Source: Macrostomum lignano (Eukaryota). Taken from it: a stretch of 64,000 nucleotides of DNA. The DNA lies in the NCBI GenBank assembly GCA_002269645.1, contig NIVC01001316.1, forward strand, positions 34,338 through 98,337, read 5' to 3'. The notes beneath the pieces were generated by a model. It worked only from the letters and a program-made list of their open reading frames with translations. It made no database searches and was not told the DNA's origin. Shown here piece after piece: positions 43,760-57,500 of the stretch. The position numbers and the translations under genes are program-made. How positions within the stretch are numbered: position 1 is the first letter of the stretch; each line of letters opens with the position of its first letter.

Positions 43760-46700
43760 ATGCCAAAACGTGGTCGAGGAAGCCTTTCCCGCTCTACACG
43801 CGCTGCATCGGATGCCAAGAAGCGCAGGGCGTCGGAGACACCCGATGAGCGTGCAGCGCGCGTTGAGCGGGAGCGGCAGCATAGGGCCGAGAGAGCCGAG
43901 GGCGAAGTGGAGCGCCAGAATCGCCTCGAGTCCAATCGAATGCGCACAGCCGGAAGCCGTGAGGCCGAAGGCGAAGTGCAGCGCCAGCATCGCCTTGAGT
44001 GCAATCGACTCCGCTTAGCTGAAAGCCGGGATGCTGAAGGCGAGGTGGAACGCCAGAATCGGCTCGACCACGACCGGCTGCGTGCTGTCGAAAGCCGTGA
44101 AGCCGAGGAGGAGGCAGTCCATCTGCATCGCCTGGAGGCGCAGCGGCAGCGCCAGGTCCAGTATCGCGCGGCTGAGTCCGCTGAGGACCACGACCGCCGT
44201 GTACACGCACAGGCAGAGTGGCGCCGAGACAGGTAGGGTTCCTATATAAAATTTTATTCTGCTATTCTTATGTGTGGTAGCTCATAATCTGAGACTATTA
44301 AATTTTCTGCATGTGGATCTGGATTTTCAAGAATTCCTGATTAAAATACTCTATTTCATTACCACAGGCTGCTGGAGCTGGCACACCAGCCACATGTTCT
44401 CGGTCGCATGGACCGCCAATGCCCTCACTGCAGCGCGCTACGCTGGACGGACGAGCCAGCTAGCATTTGCTGCCATGCTGGAAAGGTGAGTTGATATTTA
44501 TTGTTTTAGTTTACTTGAATTGCTGCCTCATTTATGCCTCCTGTACTGTATCAAGCCTCTGACCACCTATGGAGTCATCGACAATTGCATGATTTGCTGC
44601 AGCCCGTCTCCGCATAAAAGCTACTTCAGTTTTTTTTCTAACACTGACAGACCGTCCTGGAGCAGCGCCGAGACCCGCCTGATGTTCTGAAGCGGCTGCT
44701 GACTGGCGAGCATCCGTTCAGCTCGCAGTTCCTGAAGGACATCAGGAAGTATAACGGCGCGCTCCATATGACCTCGCTTGGTTCCAGGCAGCGTGAACAG
44801 CCCGGGTGGAACCCCAGCTTCATCCTCCATGGTCAGATGCACCATCGGATCGGCAGCCTGTTGCCGGACCCAGGGGATGCGGCCAGGTTCTGCCAGGTCT
44901 TCTTTGTGGACCAAGAGCTGCAGAACAGACTGCAATGGACAGCAGGTCTCAACGACACTTTGCTGCAGGAGCTGCAAGCTGTTCTGCATGATTGCAACAG
45001 CTACGTGCGCAGCCTGAAGTCCGCAGTCGACTTGCTGCGCAGCGACCCGCAGCTGCAGAGCGCCAGGGTCGTCATCAACCCCGATGCCCGCCCATCTGGG
45101 GAGCATGTCCGACGCTTCAACTTGCCCGAGTGCAGTGAGGTCGGCATCCTGACGGACCTTGGCGATGCTGATGGCGTAGTTCAGGCGCAATGGCGGAGCG
45201 TGGTTTTGCGTCTGAGAGGTGGTGGTAAGTACTTTAAGCGTCTTAAAAGACTTAAAATTTGGGTTGCATTGTAAAGTTAGATAATAAAATAAACGTTTTG
45301 GGTTATTCAGGTGTACATTTTGGTTGCTTTTGAACTGTAGTTTAGAATTAAATTACCCAACTGCATCCACAGGCCTCCAGGAGATCTCTGAGACCCATCG
45401 CTCCTACGATCCGTTGGAGTACGTGCTGCTGCTTCCGTACGGCGAGGACGGCTGGCACATTGGGCTCAAGAAGGATCGAGGCATCACCATGATGAAATAC
45501 TACGCCTACTTGATCCAGGTGCGACCAGGCCAGTTCAACAGCCTGCTGTACGGTCGCCGGCTCTTCCAGCAGTTCCTGGTGGACCAGGCTGCCAAGATCG
45601 AGTCCGAGCGACTTACGTACATCCGGCAGCACCAAACGGATCTGGTGTCCGAAAGTCTTCGGGGTCTCCGCGATGCGCTGCACGAGGACGACGGCAGGCC
45701 GGAAGAAGTCGGGAAGCGTGTCATTCTTACTTCCAGCTACGTGGGAGGTCCACGGTACCGTCTGGAGCGTCAGCAGGATGCCATGGCGTATGTTCACGCC
45801 TTTGGCCGCCCAGACCTGTTTCTGACGATGACATGCAACCCGAAGTGGCCGGAAATTCTGGCCGAGCTGCTTCCAGGGCAGACTGCCGTCGATCGGCCGG
45901 ACATCACCGCCCGGGTGTTCGAGCTGAAGAAGAAGGCCTTCTTAAACAGGCTTAAGAGTCTGTTTGGAGATACTCTGGCTCGAGTCTGCTCGCTGGAGTA
46001 CCAGAAGCGAGGCAAGTGTACTTTTAAGCTTTAAACTGTAGCATTAACTGTTGGCTCCATAACTTCGTAAATTTCAATAAAATTATTGATGATCAATTAT
46101 CAATAAATTTTATCCACAACCAGGTCTTCCCCACGTGCACGCGCTGCTGTGGCTGGCGAACAAGCTGAAGCCGGATCAGTACGACGCCGTCATCAGCGCG
46201 GAGATCCCGGACCCTGTCGCCGACGCCGACCTGCATCAGCTGGTGGCGGAGAACATGCTGCACGGTCCCTGTGGGCAGCAGCTCAACTCTGCCGCGGCGT
46301 GCATGGAGAAAGGCAAGTGCAGCAAGCGCTACCCGAGGGAGTTCCTGGCCGCCACGAAGGTGGAGGAGGATGGCTACCCGCATTACTGCCGCAGATCCGT
46401 CGAGATGGGCGGCTTCACGGTGACGAAGCTCGCAAAGCTGCATGGCGGTCAGAGGGTGATGTTCACCTTTGACAACCGCTGGGTGGTGCCGTACTGCCCA
46501 GCGCTGCTGCGCGAGTTTCGCTGTCACCTGAATGTCGAGATCTGCGCGACAGTTCGGGCCATCAAGTACGTGGTGAAGTACATCACCAAGGGTAGCGACA
46601 TGGCAGCATACCAGATCCGTAAGGAGTCGGCGGCTGCTGCGAATGCCAGCGCTGATTCGGCCACTGAAGGACCACTGGCGATCGCCGGTCCGTCCACGTC

Positions 46701-49390
46701 GACTGGGACTGCTGCTGCTGCTGCTGCGACTTCCGCAAAGCGACACAAGATCGATGAGATCGACGAATACCTACTGGGCAGGTTCATCGGTCCAATGGAG
46801 GCGGTCAACACCATCCTGGGCTTTGAGGTTCACAGCCGATACCCCCCTGTGATCAGGCTCGCGGTTCATCTTAAGGACGAGCAGCGGGTCTTCTTCACAG
46901 ACGAGACGGCTCAGGCTGTTGCTGCTACGCCCAAGGCCACGACTTTGACCGCCTTCTTCGATGTGAGTTTTGCAGAAAAAGTGCAATTTTTCAACTTTTT
47001 CCTCCTTCCTGTTAATTCCTGTTCTTATTCTTACCCGCCCAGCTTTGTCGCCATGACGATATCGCCCGAGGGCTGCTGTACCAGGAGGTGCCCCGGCACT
47101 TCACCTGGGACAGAAGTGCGCACCAGTGGCATCGCGCAGGTCGCGGCCGAGTCGCTGCTGATCAGCCAGCCGATGTTCTGACGACCAGCAACATCGGCCG
47201 CATCTACACAGTCAGTCCACGGATGGGCGACTGTTTTTACCTGCGCCTGCTGCTGGTGAATGTGCGCGGCCCGACTTCGTTCGAGGCTCTGCGCACTGTC
47301 GATGGAGTCCTGCTGCCGACCTTCAAGGCCGCCTGCCAGGCTCGCGGACTGCTGGAAGACGACAGGCACTGGCAGCTGTGTCTGTCCGAAGCTGCCCAGA
47401 CGCGGATGCCTGCTGCTCTGCGCCGACTTTTTGCCGCAATTTTGGCGCACGGCGATCCAAGCGACCCCGTGAAGCTCTGGGAGGAGTTTTCCCGCGAGAT
47501 GGCTGGCGACCTGCTGCACCAGGGCTTGAGCGCCGAGGCTGCTATGGCCGAAGTGCTGCGGTCGCTGCAGAAGCGGCTGGAGCGGATGGGCGGATCCGAG
47601 CTGTCTGCCTACGGCCTTCCTCAACCACTGGCAGAGCCGGATCAGGTAAATAAAATCACTTCTATGCACTGACTGTTAATTTTTTTTACCTTTATTTGCT
47701 AACTGATGACAGCCACTTTTCAATATCCAGACTCGGCTTCTTTCTGACTGCCTGCCGACGCCCCATGAAGCTGCTGAGCTGCAGTCCGAAGTGGATGCGC
47801 TGGTCGCTACCCTGACTGACGAGCAGCGAGCTGTCTTCGAGGCCGTGCAGTCCAATCTGACGGCCGGTGGCGGCGGGCTGCATTTCATTGACGCTCCTGG
47901 AGGCACAGGCAAGACGTTCCTGCTCACACTTCTGCTGAAGTCGGTTCGAGCAAGACGTCAAATCGCTGTTGCCGTCGCGTCATCGGGCATCGCGGCGACT
48001 ATTCTACCCGGAGGTCGGACCGCCCACTCGATGTGAGTTTTGTGTCCGCATAAATATTTTTATAAACTGTTAGTTTTTAAGCACAGAAAGTCATCCCTTA
48101 TTTATCATCACAATTGACCATCCTCGCGATACCTGCCTACAGGTTCAAGATCCCCGTCTGCGCTGTACGGCAGGACAGCGCCTTCTGCTCCATCGGCAGG
48201 CGGAGCAAATTGGCGGAGATTCTGCGGAACGCCCGCCTCATCGTGTGGGACGAGGCTCCGATGACGCACCGCAAAGACCTCGAGATCGTCGAGCGGACTC
48301 TGCGGGATTTGCTGCACGGTGGGCAGCCGTTCGGGGGAGCGCTGCTGGTGCTGGCTGGCGACTTTCGGCAGTTGCTTGCTGTTGTGCCCGGAGGGACGCA
48401 GGCCAACACGATCGAAGCCTGCCTGAATCGGTCGGTGCTGTGGCCGCACTTCCGGCAGCACCAGCTCACAAGGAATCTGCGGCTGGAGGGCGGCTCGGCT
48501 CTCCAAAGCTACGCGGATTTTCTTATGCAGGTGAGAATCTCTGGAGTTTCTATGCTCTCATTAAGCATGCGAATTGAAGGAAAAAATTGTAAAATTTCAT
48601 TCCACTTTTTCACCGTCAGGTTGGCAACGGGGAGCTGCCAGAGGACGTTGAGGGCATGGTCTCCTTGCCTAGCGAGATCCTTCTGCCCGAGGACACAACC
48701 ACTGAGCAGCTCATCCGGCACGTTTACCCGTCCTTTGAGCCGAGTGCGCAGCGTGACCAGATGTTCGCGGAGCGGAGCATCCTGGCGCCACTCAACAGGA
48801 CGGTGGACGAGGCCAACGCCGCCTGCTTAGCGCTCTTCCCCGGTGAGAGCCGACTCTACTTATCTGTCGACTCGATTCCGAATGACGACACGGCAGCGAC
48901 CAATTTTCCGCCGGAGCTGCTGAACCGGCTGGACCCCAGCGGTATGTCGCATCACCGACTGGAGCTGAAGGTCGGCATGCCGGTCGTCATGATGCGGAAT
49001 CTCGACCCACCGCTGCTGTGCAACGGGACTCGGCTGCTGCTGCGTGAACTGCGTGACAACGTCCTGCTAGCGGAGGTAACCACTGGCGTCTACCGTTCGC
49101 GGCAGGTGTTCATCCCGCGGATCCCGCAGGAGCCGAGTCCGACAGAGGTTCCGTTCGTTTTCCGCCGTCTGCAGTTCCCGATCCGGCCGTGCTTCGCCAT
49201 GACCATCCACAAGAGCCAGGGCCAGTCGCTGGGCACCTACGCCGTCGACCTGACGACGGCTTGCTTTCAGCATGGCCAGCTCTACGTGGCTCTGAGTCGT
49301 GCGCGGAGTGCCGATGGCGTCAAAGTTCGGGCTCCAGGCGGACGGACGCGGAACATCGTGCTGCGCCAGCTTATCGGCAAGCAGAACTAA
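43760..49390 (+). CDS. Helitron RepHel transposase (1568 aa); exons 43760-44232, 44368-44485, 44651-45224, 45373-46011, 46124-46962, 47043-47645, 47731-48032, 48143-48530, 48620-49390
   Basis: Splice phases close to 4707 nt with no stop seen. 23-aa STPR-like repeats; C..C...W...CC zinc finger; YDPLEYVLL; Rep motifs LFLTMTCNPKW, EYQKRGLPHVH and KYVVKYITKG; Pif1 helicase motifs APGGTGKT, IVWDEAPM, AGDFRQ and MTIHKSQGQS. Confidence 0.93.
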
Positions 49391-49429
49391 CTATTATCTG
49401 AACTGAACTGAACTGAATCATAGGCAGGA

Positions 49430-50140
49430 TGAAAGAAATATATAGGTTTGAGTGACAGATTATAAGAGTGAGTGGCAAATTATGATAGCGAGTGACAAAT
49501 AATGAGAGTGAGTGCCAAATAATGAGAGTGAGTGACAAATTATGATAGCGAGTGACAAATTATGAGAGTGAGTGACAAAGTATGAAAGGGAGTTACAAAT
49601 TTGAGAGCGATAATGCATATAAGAGTTCCAAATTATGAGAGTAAGTGAGTGAAAAATGATGAGAGGTAGTGACAAATTGTGGCAAAGTGTGGCAAATTAT
49701 GAGAGTAACGAATTCGAGAGCGATAATACTTATGAGAGTGCCAAATTATGAGAGTGATTGAGTGAAAAAGGATGAGGGAGTTACAAATTTTATGAGTGAG
49801 TGAGTGAAAAATGACGAGGGAGTGACAAATTATCAGAGTGAAAAATTATAAGATTGATAAATTATGAGTGACAAACTATGAGAGTGACAAATTATGAGTG
49901 AAAAGTTGAGAGTTGAAAATTATGTGAGTGATAAATTATGAGAGTGCCTAATTAAGAGTTTTGCAAATAATGAGAGTAACAAATTTGAGAGCGATAATAC
50001 TTATGAGAGTGCCGAATTGAGAGTGTGACAAGTTATAAGAGTGAAAAATATGAGAGTGACAAATTATGAAAGTCAAAAATCAAAATCATGAGAGTGATGA
50101 ATTATAAGAGTGACGAATTATGAGTGATAATTTTGTAACA
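49430..50140 (+). repeat. Degenerate ~20-bp tandem repeat (GAGAGTGAGTGACAAATTAT-like) downstream of RepHel
   Basis: Recurrent ATTATGAGAGTG cores. Confidence 0.8.
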
Positions 50141-51596
50141 TGAATAATAAACTACTGGCAAAACTGTTCCACTTACAGAGCTGCTGAATGAATTACAGAT
50201 ATAATATTTTAGTATAAGGGGATGCTTCTAAGAAAGCTCGGGCTCCTACCAATTTAGATCCAATTGCTGTATTTATTTTTCAGAATATTTTCGACGTACA
50301 AAGTATCCATACGTAATTATTTATATTAAACATTCTATTTCGTTCTGCATAATTTTCACTCAATTTTAAATCCTATTTTTTAAGTTAAAGATGATCGCGC
50401 TCAAATGCTATAAAGTAGGTTCCCAGTGTAGCTCTTAGATCGCCTCCTAAATACTTATTTAGATTTTCAATCAAGTCTAAAAAACAACTCTAGAAAACAA
50501 CCTTGATAATTATTTGCCCTTTTCTCTTCCCATTTCTCTCCACCTGTGCTTGCATCCCTATATTGTAATGCATTGCTTAAAACAAATATATGCCATACTG
50601 TACTCGGGGTGCGCAGGATTCAGAATACAAACAAGGCTGTCAATCATAGGCTATTAGTAACATGTATAAGTAATGGAAAGGCATAAAATTCACATGAATT
50701 TAAACTTAACAAGTACTTAGCCAAAGAGACTATCCCATTTATTCGATCGTTTCCTGCGTACCCCCCAATAATGTCTTTGAATTAGTTTTTATATTCAACA
50801 GAGGTGAAGGAATTCGAGTAGGGGTATTCAGCTAGCTGTGAAAGGAACGCAGCAACATAAGTACTTGAAGAAGTCAAGAAGTTGTAATTCAGTGCAGCTA
50901 TACAAAGTAGTTTTGGTACTTTTTCCACCATTCTCACTAAGATGTACAGTCCTGCATGACTGCTATAGCTGACGGGCAGCCAATCAGTTTTTCGCACATT
51001 TAACTGCCTTACAATGAATTGGCAGAGAATGAGTAGCCAACCAGCTGTTACAGAGTGATTCATTCAATTAATGATTTGCGCAAAGTGGCGGTCTATCACA
51101 GACTTTAGATTATCACAATTTTAGACTGACTGTGAACTCTAAGCTCTTAATAGAGAATGCCATAGCAGAACATTTAAGCTGCAATCGCACCCTAACGCTG
51201 ACTCATATTCCTAAAGTTTGATTTGCATCAATTTCAGTTGACAGTGAGCACTTGAATTTTACAGCTTTATTATCGGTGCCTTTCAAAAGGCAGCCCTGTG
51301 TATTAGCTGCGCAGTGAAATTCAAGAGGTGGGGGGGTCAAATGCCGCGGTGCATTGGAGGGGGTGGGTCGCTGTGTATTGGAGGGTTGATTTACATAGAT
51401 TGCGCAACTATAATGTTCACTTAATTGAGACTGATACTGACTGCCTGAGAAATAGTTATGTCAATGTCAAAGCTGCTTCGTGTGACTTTTACTGAAACTG
51501 AGTTGGGTTATGGGATTCAGCTGATGGAGATCACTTAATGGAATTCCGGTGATAGGAGTTCTTCCCCTTTCTCCTCCAGCGGAGGAGTTGGCCTCG

Positions 51597-54500
51597 TCTC
51601 TCTATATATACTAAAGTTGACGTGTTGTTTGTCTGTCTGTCTGTGTGTGTGTGTGTGTGTGTGTCATTTCGACAACTCCTCCTTGAATAGTGGCAACTCA
51701 GCGTTGAAACTTATATGGGAAGATTGGAAATTATCCGAGGTCGGCTATAGGCTATTTTAATTCTGAAATTTTAATTTCTAAGATCCTCAAAAAAGCAGAA
51801 AACGGCGGTCTTGACCTTTGATAATCTTAATTGTCCCCTCTTTCTGCTTGGAGCTGAAAAAATGCATGAATTTTTAGTGATTGCGCCACAACTTTTCCCT
51901 ATCTCTGTAGTGTATTTTCTTTCCAGTGGGGGGTGGGAGCGTTCTCAGTGGCTGCGTGTGTACACTTGGACCCTGGCTCACTGGCTGACTTTATAGATAA
52001 TTGCGCAATGATATGGCTACTGATAAGTTTTCCTGCCTCTCAATGGGCAGCCCTGTGTATTTGTTGGACATTGAAATTCAATGCATCAACTTGCAAGCAG
52101 GCAGTGAACGTACACTCGATACTTCAATGCTATAAATCAAACAGTTTCAAACGCTAACTGTTCCTCGAGTTTTAAACTTTGAAAGAAGAGACTTATATTG
52201 CTGGAAAGATCTTGCAACGCTGAGTTCGGGGATATAAATTGTTTGCTTTAAATATGAAAAGAAAAAGCACAGCATTTGAAAAACTATTTCCATACTTTTA
52301 ACTTTTTGCAAATATTGTACTCAGTTTTGCGAGACGAAATAGATAAAGTTGGGGGGAGGGTTCAACTTCTCACTACTGCTGTGGATTGGAGGGTTGATTT
52401 ATATTGCGCAATGTTTTTGTTAACTTTAACTGAGACTGATAATGACTGACTGTGAAATCGGTTGCGACATCAATTTGTTTCATTATCTGTGCCTTTTAAT
52501 AGGCTGCCCCGTGTAATAGCCGGCCTGTGTAATGAATGAATAAACTTGCGAGCCTCTTTGGCAGGCAGTGAACGTACACTCGATATTTCAATGCTTTAAA
52601 ACGGGAACTTTCAAACGCTAACTGCTCTTCGAGTTCTAAACTTTAAGAGAAGAGACTTATACTGCTGAAAAGATCTTGCAACGCTGAGTTCGAGGATATA
52701 AATTGTTTGCTTTAAATATAAAGACTAAAAGCACAGCATACAAAAACTATTTCCATACTTTTAGCTTTCTGCAAAGATTGTACTCATTTTTAGTTCAATG
52801 CCCCCAACACCCGGGTTCAATTTCTAACTGCCACTGCGTATTGAAAAGGGGCCGGGCTCTGTGTACTGGAGGGTTGATTTAAATTGCGCAATCTTTTTGT
52901 TCACTTTACCTGAGACTGATACTGACTGACTTTGAAATCGGTTGCGCAATCAATTGATTCAATTGGCTCAATTTTTTATTTAAACACGCAGCTGTGTGTA
53001 GCTTTAACCCTAACCCTAACCCTAACAATAACCCTAACCAATGAATCCTAATATTTTATTCCTTTTGACGGAGAAAATTTCGATTGAGTTCAGTTTTAAA
53101 GAGATATTTTCAATGGTTTTCAGTTTCACGGAGAGGATTTCTGTTTCGCGGAGAGGATTTCAATGGTTTTCAGTTTCACGGAGAGGATTTCTGCTTCGCG
53201 GAGAGGATCTTGATAGATTTGGCATCTTCAATCAGTCATAAAAGAGAGTAAAGAGAAGATCAAAAAGAGAAGAGACATGAGATGGTATAAAACAGAGTAG
53301 AAATGAGTGGATAGATTAGACATGACCGATGGAAGAGAAGAGGGGAGTAAGGCGGAAACGAAGAGGGAGAGAGAAGAGAAGAGGAGAGAGGAGATGAGAG
53401 GGGAGATAGCAGATAGCAGAGGGAGACAAGAGAGATAATAGGAAAGAGAATAGATGACGGATAAGAGCGTACAGAGGAAATAGAAGAGAGGGGAGAGTAG
53501 AGGAGAAAGAAAGAGTGAGATGAGGGAAGAGATATGAGAGAGGAGATATGAGAGACGTGAGAGTCTTTGAGCTATGGTCTTTGAAAGGTTTTGTAAAGAA
53601 TTTGGAGAGATGATAGGAGAGAGAATAGAGATGAGGGATAAGAGCGTACAGGGGAAATAGAAGAGAGGGAGAGTAGAGAAGAAAGAAAGAGTGAGATGAA
53701 GGATGAGAGATGAGGGAGGAGAGGGGAGAGAGAAGAGAGGAGAAAAGAGGGGAGAAATGAGACAGGAGAGAGTAGAGACGAAAGACCAGGGAGAAGATAT
53801 AAATAAGGGAGTAGAGGTAGAGATGAGATGAGAGAGAGGAGAGAGAAGAGAGTCACGATAATAGCGAAGAGAGGAGAGAGGAGATATGAGAGACGTAAGA
53901 GTCTTTGAGCTATGGTCTTTCAAAGGTTTTGTAAAGAATTTGGAGACGATTTGGAAGATGGGATTCAAGTCATGGAGTTTCAGCTAATGGATTTCAGGGA
54001 ATGGAATTCCGGTGATGGGAGTTCTTCCCCTTTCTCCTCCGAAGGAGGAGTTCCACTCGTCTCTTAATACTAAAACTGGTGCGTTGTTTGTCTGTGTGTG
54101 TGTGTGTTTGTTGGATATCTCCTCCTAGAATACTTGCAAGTCAGCGTTGAAACTTATGTGGGAAAACTGCAAATTTTCCGAGGATGGCTTTAGGCTATTT
54201 TAATCTTTTATTTTTACATTTTAAGATCCCTAAAAAAGCAGAAAACGGCAATTCTGACCTTTGATAATCTTAATTGTCCTCTCTTTCCGCTCGGAGCTGA
54301 AAATTTGCATGAATTTTGAGTGATTACGCAACAACTTTTTCCTATCTCGGCAGTGTATTTTCTCTCCAGTGGGGGATGGGGGCGTTCTCAGTGGCGGCGT
54401 GTGTACACTTGGACCCTGGCTCACTGGCTGACTGTATAGATAATTGCGCAATGATTTGGCTACTGATAAGTTTTCTTGCCTCTCAATGGGCAGCCCTGTG

Positions 54501-57500
54501 TATTTGTTGGACATTGAAATTCAATGCATCAGCTAGCAAGCAGGTAGTTAACGTACACTCGATACTTCAATGCTATAAATCAGACAGTTTCAAACGCTAA
54601 CTGCTCTTCGAGTTCTAAATGTTAAGAGAAGAGACTTATACTGCTGAATAGATCTTGCAACACTGAGTTCGAGGATATAAATTGTTTGCTTTAAATAGAA
54701 AAACTAAAAGCACAGCATCAAAAAAACTATTTCCAGACTTTTAGCTTTCTGCAAAGATTGTACTCATTTTGGGGTTCAATGGGCGTTCGACTGACCCCCC
54801 AACAGTTGGGGGTTCAATTTCTAACTGCCACTGCGTAGTGGAAGGGGGTCGGGCGCTGTGTACTGGAGGGTTGATTTAGATTGCGCAAACTTTTTGTTAA
54901 CTTGAACTGAGACTGATACTGACTGACTGTGAAATCGGTTGCGCCATCAATTTGTTTTATTATCTGTGCCTTTCAATAGGCTGCGCTGTGAAGTTTTGAA
55001 CATTGAAATTCAATGCATAAACTTGCGAGCCTCTTTAGCAGGCAGTGAACGTACACTCGATATTTCAATGCTTTAAATCAGAAAGTTTCAAACGCAAACT
55101 GTTGCTCGAGTTTCTAACTTTGATAGGAGAAACTTATATTGCTGGAAAGATCTTGCAACGCTGAGTTCGGGGATATAATTTGTTATCTTTAAATATGAAA
55201 AGAAAAAGCACAGCATTTAAAAAAACTATTTCCATGCTTTTAATTTTCTGCAAAAATTGTTCTCAGTTTTGCGAGACGTAATAGATAAAGTTGGGGGGGA
55301 GGGTTCAACTTCTCACTGCTGCTGTGTATTGGAGGGTTGATTTAGATTGCGCAATGTTTTTGTTAACTTTAACTGAGACTGATACTGACTGACTGTGAAA
55401 TCGGTTGCGCAATGAATTGATTCAATTAGTTCAATATTTTTATCAGTGCCTTTTAACACGAAGCTGTGCGTAGTTCTAACCCTAACCCTAACCCTAACCC
55501 TAACCAATGAATCTGGAGAGTTGAGTTGTTTGACGGAAAAAATCGATTGAGTCCAGTTTAGCGGAGACGATTTCAATGTTTTAATTTTGACGGAGAGGAT
55601 TTCTGTTTGGTGGAGAGGATTTCTATTTCTCGGAGGGGATTTTGATGAATGTCAGTTTCACGGAGAGGTGTTTGATGGAGTTCTCTTTTACGGAGAAGAT
55701 TTCGATGATGTTCAGTTTCGCGGAGAGGAGTTGGATGATGGGATTCAGGGAATGGCATTTCAGGGAATGGAGTACCGGTGATGGGAATTCTTCCCCTTTC
55801 TCCTCCAGAGGAGGAGTTGGCCTCGTTAATACTAAAACTGGTGCGTTGTTTGTCTGTGTGTGTGTGTGTTTGTTGGATAACTCCTCCTAGAATACTTGCA
55901 AGTCAGCGTTGAAACTTATATGGGAAAACTGCAAATTTTCCGAGGATGGCTTTAGGCTATTTTAATCTTTCATTTTCAATTTTTAAGATCCCTAAAAAAG
56001 CAGAAAATGGCGGTCTTGACCTTTGATAATCTTAATTGTCCCCTCTTTCTGCTTGGAGCTGAAAATTTGCATCAATTTTAGTGATTGCGCCATAAAATTT
56101 TTCTATCTTGGCAGTGTATTTTCTCTCAAGTGGGGGGATGGTCGCGTTCTCAGTGGCTGCGTGTGTACACTTGAACCCTGGCTCACTGACTGACTTTATA
56201 GACAATTGCGCAACTATTTGTGTTCTGTTTTTTAACAGGAAGCCCTGTGTATTTTTTGCACAGTGAAATTCAGTGCATTTTAATGCATAAACTTGCGAGC
56301 ATCTTTAGCAGGCAGTGAACGTACACTCGATATTTCAATGCTTAAAATCAGAAAGTTTCAAACACTAACTGTTGCTCGAGTTTTGAACTTAGAGAGGAGA
56401 GACTTATATTGCTGGAAAGATCTTGCTGCAATGAGTTCGGGGATATAAGTTTTTTGCTTTAAATATGAAAATTAAATTCACAGCATTCAAGAAAAGATTT
56501 TCATACTTTTAGCTTTCTGCAAAGATTGTGCTCATTTTGGAGTTCAATGGGGGTTCGACCGACCCCCCAATAGTTGGTGGGGGGGAGTTCAATTTCTAGC
56601 TGCACTGCGTATTGGAAGGGGGTCGGTTGCTGTGTATTTGAGGGTTGATTTAGATTGCGCAATCTTTTTGTTAACTTTAACTGAGGCTGATACTGACTGC
56701 CTGAGAAATAAGTTGCGCAATTTAATTGGTTCAATGTTTTTACGGCGCCTTTCAACACGCAGCTGTCAACCCTAACCCTAACCCTAACCAATGAATTCTG
56801 AGAGCTGGGCTATTTGACGTAGAAATTTCGATTTAGTCCAGTTTCACGGAGAGGATTTCTATTTCGCGGAGAATATTTCGATGGTGTTCAGTTTCACGGA
56901 GAGGATTTCGATAGTGTTCAGTTTCACGGAGACGATTTCTGTTGCGCGGAGAGGTGTTGGAAAATGGGATTCCGCTGATGGAGTTCAGGGAATGGAATTC
57001 CGCTGATTGGAGTTCTTCCCCTTTCTTCTCCGAAGGAGGAGTTGGCCTCGTTAATACTAAAGTTGGTGCGTTGTTTGTCTGTGTGTGTGTGTGTTTGTTG
57101 GATAACTCCTCCTAGAATACTTGCAAGTCAGCGTTGAAACTTATATGGGAAAACTGCAAATTTTCCGAGGATGGCTTTAGGCTATTTTAATCTTTTATTT
57201 TTACATTTTAAGATCCCTAAAAAAGCAGAAAATGGCGGTCTTGACCTTTGATAATCTTAATTGTCCCCTCTTTCTGCTTGGAGCTGAAAATTTGCATCAA
57301 TTTTAGTGATTGCGCCATAAAATTTTTCTATCTTGGCAGTGTATTTTCTCTCAAGTGGGGGATGGTCGCGTTCTCAGTGGCTGCGTGTGTACACTTGAAC
57401 CCTGGCTCACTGACTGACTTTATAGACAATTGCGCAACTATTTGTGTTCTGTTTTTTAACAGGAAGCCCTGTGTATTTTTTGCACAGTGAAATTCAGTGC

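Larger units (their letters stand above)
42321..51596 (+). mobile_element. Autonomous Helitron (family B), ~9.3 kb
   Basis: A|TC insertion at 42320/42321; RepHel gene; 3' hairpin CTCCTCC-agc-GGAGGAG followed by TTGGCCTCG. Confidence 0.9.

Noticed and set aside
43685-49401. Numerous overlapping and antisense ORFs across the Helitron gene
   Set aside because: Expected shadows of GC-rich coding sequence; the spliced plus-strand model accounts for all conserved motifs.
42321-51596. Helentron/Helitron2 classification
   Set aside because: Rep motif 2 is RGLPH rather than RGSPH, there is no endonuclease domain, the insertion is A|TC, and I saw no sub-terminal inverted repeats.
53228-53968. Leu/Ser-rich multi-pass membrane protein ORFs (also 60647-60985, 62890-63402)
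   Set aside because: Translations of the TC-rich strand of low-complexity GA tracts.
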